Source: Anaerolineae bacterium (GTDB lineage Bacteria > Chloroflexota > Anaerolineae > S140-20). Taken from it: a stretch of DNA of 64,000 bases. Position 1 is the first letter of the stretch; each line of letters begins with the position of its first letter. Position numbers and translations under genes: made by a program. The stretch lies in contig JALUTT010000048.1 in the NCBI GenBank assembly GCA_027021705.1, positions 32,001 through 96,000 on the forward strand. Reading direction: 5' to 3'. A model generated the notes under the pieces. It did not search any database, was not told the DNA's origin, and worked only from the letters and a program-made list of their open reading frames with translations. Below are positions 18,843-26,596 of the stretch, in pieces.

Positions 18843-21605
18843 ATGCCTGACGATCGGTTAAAGCGTTCCTTGGAAGAGCTCTTCTCCGATCTAACCCCAC
18901 CGGCCCCGGAGGGGGAGCCCGAGGCGGCCATCCCCCCATCTCTGCCTCCTGAGGAACCGCCCTCGAGGCCGGAGGTTGCCCTCCCACCGACTCCGTCGCC
19001 GGAGCCTATATCCGTTGCCCCCATCGAGGAGCCTTCCCCACCCCCCGGATGGATGCAGCGCCTCTCCCCCCGCCACTGGCGGCTACCGGCCCGGCTGTTG
19101 AGCCTTATGCTGCTGGTCACCCTGCTGCCCCTGATGATCCTCTCACTGCTCTTCTTCCGTGAAGGGGCGCGCGTCGTGGAGAACAGCGAGTTGCGCAACA
19201 TGGAGGCCATTGCCACGGGCCTGGCTCACCAGATAGACCAGTTGCTCTCTGATATGACCAGTGTGACCTCTATACCTGCTGATGAGGCTCCTGAGTTCCT
19301 CGTCCGGCTGCCTGCTGACCGAACGGACCTGATCGAGACCCTGCGGATCTTCTACAACGTGCCGGAGGATGTCGAAGCGTACCGGGAGGCTCGGGCCCGC
19401 TTGGAAGCTCTGGGCTTGTTAAAGCCTCTGAAGGCCGTGCATAGGGAGTTCCGAGCGATCCAGGAAGCCTATCACACCTTTGAGTCTATCTGCATCCTGG
19501 ATGACGCTGGCTACTGCCTGGCCGCCACCGACCCCAAGCTGGTTGGCCGTTCCTTTGCCACCAAGCGTTTCTACCAGATGGCGATGGAGGGCCAGGCTTT
19601 TACCTCCGACATCGAACCGGAGCTAGCGACCGGGCGCTTTGGCGTCGCGTTTGCCCGGCCCATCGTCGCCGACGATGGACGAATTCTGGGGGTTCTTGTC
19701 GCTCGCCTGGATGCCACCCCCATCTGGCGGATTCTGGAGGAGGTCTCCCTGGAGCCGGGGAGCTACGCGGTCCTGGTCAACCGGGACGGCATTATCATCG
19801 GCCACTCCGAGCGGGGGAACATCTATCAGAGCCTAGGGCCACTGTCCTCTGCCGTGCAGGAGGAGATCCGTCAGAGCCGCCGTTTCGGCGTGGAGGCGAT
19901 GCGGGACCTGGGGTTGCCTCAGGTTGCCGAGGCGCTGGCAGCCGCCAAGGGTCCTGGGCACATCCAATACCAGCGGGGAGATCAAGTGGAGTTCATGGGG
20001 TTCGCTCCCCTCCAGCAGCACACCTGGGTGGTGGGTGTGGTCAAACCCCAAGCCCAGTTGCTGGCCCCGCTGGGCGCTTTGGCCAACCGAGCGCTGGTGA
20101 TCGCCCTGGTCGTCGGGCTGATCGCCGGCGGTCTGGCCCTCCAGTTCAGTCACACGATCACCCGCCCTATCCTCCGGCTAACCGAGGTCGCCACCGCCAT
20201 CGCCAGCGGGGACTTGCGGCGAGAGGTGCCCATCGAGCGGGAAGATGAGATCGGTCTGCTGGGTCGGGCCTTCAACCGGATGGCGGCCCAACTGCGGGAG
20301 TTGATCGGAGGGTTAGAGGCCACGGTGGCCGAACGGACTCGGGCCCTTCAGGAGGCCAACTACCACCTCCAGAAGCGGGCCATCTACCTGGAGGCCAGCG
20401 CCGAGGTAGCCCGGGCCATCACCTCCATCCTCGACGTGGACCAGATGCTCCAGCGGACGGTAGACCTGATCCAGGAGCGGTTTGGCTTCTACCACGTTTC
20501 CATCTTTTTGGTGGACGAGGCGGAGGAGTGGGCTGTGGTACGGGCCTCGACGGGAGAGGTGGGGCGGATTATGATGGAAAAGCCCCACAAGCTGCGGGTG
20601 GGTGGACGCAGTATGGTGGGATGGACGGCGGCCCACCGGCAGCCCCGCATCGCCCTGGACGTGGGGGCCGATGCGGTCCACTTCGACAACCCGCTGCTGC
20701 CTCACACCCGTTCGGAGATGACGCTCCCCTTGATGATGCGGGGGCGGCTCCTGGGCGTGCTGGACGTTCAGTCCACCGAAGAGGCGGCCTTCGACGAGGA
20801 TGACGTGCGGGTGCTGCACAGCCTGGCCGACCAGATCGCCATCGCTCTGGAAAATGCCCGCCGGGTCTCCGACGAGGCAGCCCTGCTGGAGGCGACCAGC
20901 CCTCTCTACCGAGCCAGCCGCCGGTTGACGGAAGCGGTCTCCGCCGACCAGGTGGCAGAAGCCTTCATCGCCTCGGTGGTTGCCACCGAAGCCGATGGAT
21001 GCCTCGTCGGGCTTCTGGAGCCGCCGGATAGCGAAGAGCCGGATGCGGTCCACTTCATCGGCTCCTGGGGACGGGATGGAGTGGCCCCTGTCCCCGCCGG
21101 CTCCCGCTTCCCCCTCTCGGCCAGCCCTATCTCCGTCGCCTTCCTGTTGGAGCGTCAGGTGCTGTCCGAGATCGTCGAGGCTACCTCGCTCTCGCCCGAT
21201 CAGATCGCCTACCTGCAACGGGTGGGGGTGCAGGCGCTGATCAACATCCCCCTTCAGGGCGGCAAGAGGAAGATCGGCTTCGTCACCATCTTCCGAAAGC
21301 GCTCAGGCTCTTTCTCGGAGGCCACCCTGCGCCTGTACGAAGCCCTGAGCGGTCAAGTGGCAGTGGCCCTGGAGCGGGTGTGGCTCCTAGAGATCGCCCG
21401 TCGGCAGGCCGAGGAGGAGGCGGCACTGCGCGCCCTCGGCGATCGCCTGGCCCGGGCGGTGGATATGGAAGTGCTCCTCCAGAGCGCCGCCGAGGGGTTG
21501 GAACAGGCCCTGCGGGCCGGAGGGGTCTACATCGAGCTAGGCCCGGCACCGTTGGATGCGGACCTGCCGGGAAATGGGCGGGGAGGGGACAAGCGCCCAT
21601 CTTGA
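18843..21605 (+). CDS. Kinase-less receptor 1: Pro-rich N-terminus, TM-Cache-TM-HAMP-GAF-GAF
   Basis: HAMP EREDEIGLLGRAFNRM; core GAF GFYHVSIFL...PRIALDVGADAVHFDNPLLPHTRSEM; no H-box, GGDEF or EAL motif seen. Confidence 0.85.
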   Translation: MPDDRLKRSLEELFSDLTPPAPEGEPEAAIPPSLPPEEPPSRPEVALPPTPSPEPISVAPIEEPSPPPGWMQRLSPRHWRLPARLLSLMLLVTLLPLMILSLLFFREGARVVENSELRNMEAIATGLAHQIDQLLSDMTSVTSIPADEAPEFLVRLPADRTDLIETLRIFYNVPEDVEAYREARARLEALGLLKPLKAVHREFRAIQEAYHTFESICILDDAGYCLAATDPKLVGRSFATKRFYQMAMEGQAFTSDIEPELATGRFGVAFARPIVADDGRILGVLVARLDATPIWRILEEVSLEPGSYAVLVNRDGIIIGHSERGNIYQSLGPLSSAVQEEIRQSRRFGVEAMRDLGLPQVAEALAAAKGPGHIQYQRGDQVEFMGFAPLQQHTWVVGVVKPQAQLLAPLGALANRALVIALVVGLIAGGLALQFSHTITRPILRLTEVATAIASGDLRREVPIEREDEIGLLGRAFNRMAAQLRELIGGLEATVAERTRALQEANYHLQKRAIYLEASAEVARAITSILDVDQMLQRTVDLIQERFGFYHVSIFLVDEAEEWAVVRASTGEVGRIMMEKPHKLRVGGRSMVGWTAAHRQPRIALDVGADAVHFDNPLLPHTRSEMTLPLMMRGRLLGVLDVQSTEEAAFDEDDVRVLHSLADQIAIALENARRVSDEAALLEATSPLYRASRRLTEAVSADQVAEAFIASVVATEADGCLVGLLEPPDSEEPDAVHFIGSWGRDGVAPVPAGSRFPLSASPISVAFLLERQVLSEIVEATSLSPDQIAYLQRVGVQALINIPLQGGKRKIGFVTIFRKRSGSFSEATLRLYEALSGQVAVALERVWLLEIARRQAEEEAALRALGDRLARAVDMEVLLQSAAEGLEQALRAGGVYIELGPAPLDADLPGNGRGGDKRPS

Positions 21606-21614
21606 TTCCCTCGA

Positions 21615-21726
21615 TATTCAGCCTACCCTCCCGCAGGTCACCGGTGGAGGGCGCTTTCAGCCCCGATGGGCTATTGGGAAGCACGGTTTCGCGTCGGAAA
21701 CGCGCCTAACCTGCGGGAGGATGAAC
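21615..21726 (-). repeat. ~110-bp palindromic interspersed element, copy 2 (inverted)
   Basis: Reverse complement of 1596-1706 with few differences; a degenerate partial copy follows at ~21826-21890. Confidence 0.9.
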
Positions 21727-21945
21727 CGTTGCGAATCGTCGGTGTCCGTATCGCGTTAAATCCGGTAGTGGTAGATGAGGGCCCCTTGGGAACGGGAGGT
21801 AGCGGCATGGGGGCGACAGCGGTTATCATCCTCCCGCAGGTCACGCGCTGCCCGGTGGTAGCAATAGCTCATCGGCGGCGGCCTGGGATGCCCTTCAGGC
21901 CGTGGGGAGGACCTGTGGGAGAGTCCCTGAAAAAGGAGCTGTCCC

Positions 21946-22605
21946 ATGATCTCTCGTCCCCTGTCTCGAGAACGATACGTCCTGCTCACCCTCGCCCTGG
22001 TGCTGGCTTACAACTTCTCGGCCTCGCTTGTGGGATGGGGGTGGATCACCGCAACGGTCATCTCGTTCGGCGTGGTCGCCCTCAACGTTGCCTACACCTA
22101 CCGGTATCGGGATGGGCTGATCGGTCGCCTCGTGCTCTTCGGCCTGGCCGCCGGGTTCACGGAGCTGCTGGCCGATTGGTACCTGGTGGTCTTCACGGGT
22201 ACCCTTGTCTACAACCCAGGGGGACCCTTTCTGGTGCGTTCACCGCTCTACATGCCCCTGGCGTGGAGCGTGGTGCTGGTCCAGTTGGGGTTCATTGGCC
22301 ACTGGCTGACCCGGCGGATCGGGCTACCGGCAGCGATGCTGGCCAGCGGCTTGATCGGCGCGGTCAACATTCCGCTTTACGAGGAGTGGGCCCGGAGCGC
22401 CCAATGGTGGACTTACCAGGATACGCCGATGTTCAGCGCGACGCCCTACTACATCATCCTTGGCGAGTTCCTCATTACCCTGGTGCTTCCCTTTATCCTG
22501 AGGGAAGTCGAGCGTCGTTCGCCCCTCCAAGTGGTGTTGCTGGGGATCGGACAGGGCTTGTGGATCTGGTTTTCGTATGCCTTGGCCTTCGGGCTGGTCG
22601 GCTGA
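21946..22605 (+). CDS. Uncharacterised multi-pass membrane protein (possibly DUF6989-like)
   Basis: About six hydrophobic helices; AAGGAG RBS; motifs ELLADWYLV, PLYMPLAW, LYEEWA, WWTY. Confidence 0.7.
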   Translation: MISRPLSRERYVLLTLALVLAYNFSASLVGWGWITATVISFGVVALNVAYTYRYRDGLIGRLVLFGLAAGFTELLADWYLVVFTGTLVYNPGGPFLVRSPLYMPLAWSVVLVQLGFIGHWLTRRIGLPAAMLASGLIGAVNIPLYEEWARSAQWWTYQDTPMFSATPYYIILGEFLITLVLPFILREVERRSPLQVVLLGIGQGLWIWFSYALAFGLVG

Positions 22606-22651
22606 TGGGGTCGTGTTGATGGGGTCTTGATGGAGCCGTTGGAGACGACGC

Positions 22652-24361
22652 ATGGCTACAGGACCGCGATTTCACTCGCTCTCACCTGAAGAAGAAGAAA
22701 GGCGTCTGGAGCTGTTGCAGATCATTCTGATCGGTCAGGCCGTCGGGGCTGCCCTCATCGGGCTAGCGGTGATCGCGGTGTGGTACTTCAACCCCTCCCC
22801 GCTCACCTTCATCACCATCTTCCCGCCCTGGTTGGCGCTGCCCATCTGCGCCTTTGCCTACTGGCTGGCCCGACGAAAGCGCCTTTACCTCGCCACCTAC
22901 TTCTACATCATCACCACCGTCTTCCTGGTGGCCAGCGGCATCTACCTGGTGGGAGGCGCTCAGGGGCCGATGGCCTACTTCTTCATCTGGTTCATCCTGG
23001 TGGCCGGGATGCTCATTGACGTGCGGGCCGCCTTTGAGGTCGCTGCCCTGGTCACCGCCATTTACCTCTTCTTCACCTTGGGGGAGTTGGGAGGATGGAT
23101 TGTGCCACCGATGGACGTCTACCAGCGGGTGGCCGAGTACATCTTCCCCGGCTTCGCGATGTTGCTCTTTTGGCTGGTGGCCCTGCTGACCCGTCTCTTC
23201 AGTGGCAGCTTGCAATCGGCCCTGGACAAGGCTCGGCAGTTGACCGCTGAGTTGCAGGCCCACCGGGAGGAGCTGGAGGAGCAGGTCGCCCTGCGCACGG
23301 CGGACCTGGAGCGCCGGGCCGTGCAGATCCAGGTGGCGGCGGAGGTCGCCCGCGATGCCACGGCGGTTCTCGACGTTGAAGCGCTGATGCGCACCACGGT
23401 GGAGCGGATTGGCGAGCGTTTCGGCTTCTACCATGTCGGTATCTTCCTGCTGGACGAGGGGGGCGAGTACGCGGTGCTGCGGGCAGCCTCCTCGGAAGGG
23501 GGCAAGCGGATGCTGGCCCGGGGCCACAAGTTGAAGGTGGGGGAGGAGGGCATCGTCGGTTACGTGGCCGAGACCGGCCGGCCCCGCATCGCCTTGGACG
23601 TGGGGGAGGATGCGGTTTGGTTTGACAACCCGGACCTGCCTCACACCCGTTCGGAGATGGCGTTGCCGCTGAAGGTGCGCGGGCGGGTCATCGGCGTGCT
23701 GGACGTGCAGTCCACCCAGGAAGCCGCCTTCAAAGAGGAGGACATCCCGGTGCTCCAGCTCCTGGCCGATCAATTGGCTACCGCTCTGGAGAACGCACGC
23801 CTCTTCGCTCAGGCCCGGTCGAGCCTGGAAGAGCTGAGCCGTCTCTACCAGGCGATGACGGGAGAGGCCTGGCGACGGTTCACAACCTCCTGGCCGGACC
23901 TGCGCCGATTCCAGCGGGGAGCCGACGCGGTGCCGGAGGAAGCCTGGCGGGACCTCTTCGCCCAGGCCCGTTCCCAGGGACAACCGGTGAGGGGGTTCTG
24001 GGAGAATGGTGAGGGGGGCTGGTACCTGTTGGCTGTGCCGGTCAGGCTGCGCAACGTGCCCATTGGGGTGGTGGGATTCCATCGTCCTCAAGAGGCCGGC
24101 GAGTGGCGCAGGGAGGAGATCGTCTTCGCCGAGAGCTTGGCCGAACGGGTTGCCCTCTCCCTGGAGAACGTTCGACTCTTCGAGGAAGCCCAACGCCGCG
24201 CCCAGCGGGAGCAGTGGATCAGTCAAGTGACCGCGCGGATGCAGCGTTCTCTGGACTTGGAAACGGTGATGCGGGCGGCCGTGCGAGAGATCGGTCAGGC
24301 CATCGGGGCTGCCAAGGTGCAACTGCGGTTGAGGACGGATGGTCTGGAGCAGGAAGGGTGA
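22652..24361 (+). CDS. Kinase-less receptor 2: ~6 TM plus GAF plus C-terminal module
   Basis: Hydrophobic N-terminus, coiled coil, core GAF, tail RAQREQWISQVTARMQRSLDLE. Confidence 0.87.
   Translation: MATGPRFHSLSPEEEERRLELLQIILIGQAVGAALIGLAVIAVWYFNPSPLTFITIFPPWLALPICAFAYWLARRKRLYLATYFYIITTVFLVASGIYLVGGAQGPMAYFFIWFILVAGMLIDVRAAFEVAALVTAIYLFFTLGELGGWIVPPMDVYQRVAEYIFPGFAMLLFWLVALLTRLFSGSLQSALDKARQLTAELQAHREELEEQVALRTADLERRAVQIQVAAEVARDATAVLDVEALMRTTVERIGERFGFYHVGIFLLDEGGEYAVLRAASSEGGKRMLARGHKLKVGEEGIVGYVAETGRPRIALDVGEDAVWFDNPDLPHTRSEMALPLKVRGRVIGVLDVQSTQEAAFKEEDIPVLQLLADQLATALENARLFAQARSSLEELSRLYQAMTGEAWRRFTTSWPDLRRFQRGADAVPEEAWRDLFAQARSQGQPVRGFWENGEGGWYLLAVPVRLRNVPIGVVGFHRPQEAGEWRREEIVFAESLAERVALSLENVRLFEEAQRRAQREQWISQVTARMQRSLDLETVMRAAVREIGQAIGAAKVQLRLRTDGLEQEG
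23448..23721 (+). repeat. 274-bp near-identical intragenic repeat, copy A
   Basis: Matches 25704-25977 except two C/T differences by manual comparison. Confidence 0.9.
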
Positions 24362-24364
24362 GAC

Positions 24365-26596
24365 GTGGAGCGTGAGGAGAGAGAGCCTATGGAGGAGGCT
24401 GTGAATCGGTCGCCTGTGCGCCTATCCTTCGGATTACACGGGACCCTGGCGGTCAGGTTGGTCATCACCTTCATCCTCTTCGCCATCGTGCCCGTTCTTG
24501 TGGTGGGGGTGCCGGCGGCCTTCTGGTCCATCGCCCGCACCGAGCAGGGAGCTCTGGCCTCCCTGGAGGCCAGCGCGGTCCGGCAGGCCGAGGCACTGGA
24601 GGGCGCTATCCAGGATTGGCAGGCAGCGGTGGATGCCCTGGCGGCGGACCCAAAGGTGGCCATCAACCTTCAGGTTATGATGGGAATGGTAGAGGCCGAT
24701 GCACGCAAAGAGGCCCACGACAACCTGGTCTATCGCCTCGAACAGTTCCTGGCCGGCCACCAGAGCTTCCAGGATGCGATCATCGTGGATCTCGAGGGCA
24801 CCGCTCTCCTCTCCACGGCCTCCTATCGGGAAGGGGAAGACCTGAGCGCCGATCCTGCCGTGGCGTGGGCGCTGGGCCTGCCCATTCTCTCCAAAGCCGC
24901 CGTTCACTGGGGACCTGAGCAGCGGACCCCCGTCGTTGCTGTGCCGCTCCGCTTCTCCGCCGGTGATACTCGGGCCATCTTCGTGGCCTGGCTGGACGAC
25001 GATGCCGTGGCCCGTCTGCTCCAGGGGGCTGCCGTCACCTCGTTGTCCAGCCGGACCTATCTCTTCAGTCGCGAGGGGATGGTGGGGGCTGTGCCCGCCC
25101 TCGGCCCATCGGCGGCCGTCTCCTTTGGCTCCCCGGAGATTATGAGGGCTGCCCTGGTCGGCGGGTCAGGCGTTGCCAAGTACCGGAACGACGATGGGGT
25201 GGTGATGCTGGGGGCTTACCGTTGGCTGCCCACCTTGCGGATGGGGCTCCTGACGGAGGTCCCCCGCCAGGTGGTCGTAGAAGGCGTGATGGGCGCCATC
25301 GGCCGGGCCGTTGGTCTGCTCTACGTAGTCGGTTGGATAGGGCTGGTCGTCGCCGTCGCGATGGCCCGCAGCATCTCGATGCCTCTGGTGCGGCTGGCCC
25401 AGGCTGCCGAGCAGGTGGCTCAAGGGGACTTGAGCGTGCGCGTGCCCAGCGGGGGCCGGGATGAACTGGGGCTGCTGGTCCGAGTCTTCAACACGATGAC
25501 GGCCCAGTTGGAGCAGAGCGTCGGTGCCCTTGAGGAAGAGGTGGCGGCTCGCACGGCCAGCCTGCAGCGACGCACCTCCCAACTGGAGGCCACCATTGAG
25601 GTCACCCGTGTAGCCGCCTCGACGTTGGAGATGGACCACCTCCTCCAGCGCGTGGTGGACCTCATCTCCGAGCGCTTTGATTTCTATCACGCTGGCATCT
25701 TCTTGCTGGACGAGGGGGGCGAGTACGCGGTGCTGCGGGCAGCCTCCTCGGAAGGGGGCAAGCGGATGCTGGCCCGGGGCCACAAGTTGAAGGTGGGGGA
25801 GGAGGGCATCGTCGGTTACGTGGCCGAGACCGGCCGGCCCCGCATCGCTTTGGACGTGGGGGAGGATGCGGTTTGGTTTGACAACCCGGACCTGCCTCAC
25901 ACCCGTTCGGAGATGGCGTTGCCGCTGAAGGTGCGCGGGCGGGTCATCGGCGTGCTGGATGTGCAGTCCACCCAGGAGGCTGCCTTCACCCAGGAGGACA
26001 TCACCGTCCTCCAGGTGCTGGCCGACCAGGTGGCCATCGCCATTGACAACGCTCGCCTCTTCCAGGAGGCCCAGGAGAACCTGCAAGAGCTGGAGAGCCT
26101 CTACGGGCGTTACAGCCGGGAGGCCTGGGAGCGGTTGGGGCAGACCTACCCCATCGTCGGTTATCGCTACGACCCGTCGGGCCTTTCGCCCATCTTCGGC
26201 GACGGTGCCGGGGAGGGTGAGGCCGACGAAGAGGCTCCGATCCGCATCCCTCTAGAGGTGCGGGGGCAGGTGATCGGGACACTTGAGGTCTGGCCCGAGC
26301 AGGAGGCCCTGATCTCCGATCAGATTACCCTGCTCAAGGCGGTTGGGCTTCGGATCAGCCAGGCGCTGGAGAGTGCCCGTCTCTTCCAAGAGACGCAGCA
26401 GCGGGCCTGGCGCGAGCAGATGCTCCACCAGTTGACCGCCCGGTTCGCCCGTTCCATTGATCTGGATACGGTGCTGCAGACGGCGGTGCGTGAGTTGGCG
26501 CAGTTGCCTCACGTCGCCGAGGCCTCCATCCACGTGAGCCCCCCGGAAGTCCCTCCCCCGGCGAATGGGGGTGAGGAGGTAGCCCAGGATGAGTGA
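24365..26596 (+). CDS. Kinase-less receptor 3: TM-Cache-TM-HAMP-GAF plus C-terminal module
   Basis: GRDELGLLVRVFNTM HAMP; core GAF; tail RAWREQMLHQLTARFARSIDLD; alternative ATG at 24389. Confidence 0.86.
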   Translation: MEREEREPMEEAVNRSPVRLSFGLHGTLAVRLVITFILFAIVPVLVVGVPAAFWSIARTEQGALASLEASAVRQAEALEGAIQDWQAAVDALAADPKVAINLQVMMGMVEADARKEAHDNLVYRLEQFLAGHQSFQDAIIVDLEGTALLSTASYREGEDLSADPAVAWALGLPILSKAAVHWGPEQRTPVVAVPLRFSAGDTRAIFVAWLDDDAVARLLQGAAVTSLSSRTYLFSREGMVGAVPALGPSAAVSFGSPEIMRAALVGGSGVAKYRNDDGVVMLGAYRWLPTLRMGLLTEVPRQVVVEGVMGAIGRAVGLLYVVGWIGLVVAVAMARSISMPLVRLAQAAEQVAQGDLSVRVPSGGRDELGLLVRVFNTMTAQLEQSVGALEEEVAARTASLQRRTSQLEATIEVTRVAASTLEMDHLLQRVVDLISERFDFYHAGIFLLDEGGEYAVLRAASSEGGKRMLARGHKLKVGEEGIVGYVAETGRPRIALDVGEDAVWFDNPDLPHTRSEMALPLKVRGRVIGVLDVQSTQEAAFTQEDITVLQVLADQVAIAIDNARLFQEAQENLQELESLYGRYSREAWERLGQTYPIVGYRYDPSGLSPIFGDGAGEGEADEEAPIRIPLEVRGQVIGTLEVWPEQEALISDQITLLKAVGLRISQALESARLFQETQQRAWREQMLHQLTARFARSIDLDTVLQTAVRELAQLPHVAEASIHVSPPEVPPPANGGEEVAQDE
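25704..25977 (+). repeat. 274-bp near-identical intragenic repeat, copy B
   Basis: See 23448-23721. Confidence 0.9.

Noticed and set aside
21666..21945. N-terminal parts of ORFs running through the 120-bp element (21666-22619, 1242-1655, 60902-61252)
   Set aside because: Their shared peptide text comes from translating the repeat, not from a real protein family.
23448..25977. Diversity-generating retroelement TR/VR pair
   Set aside because: Both copies are inside coding genes, differ at only two synonymous sites, and no reverse transcriptase is present in the window.
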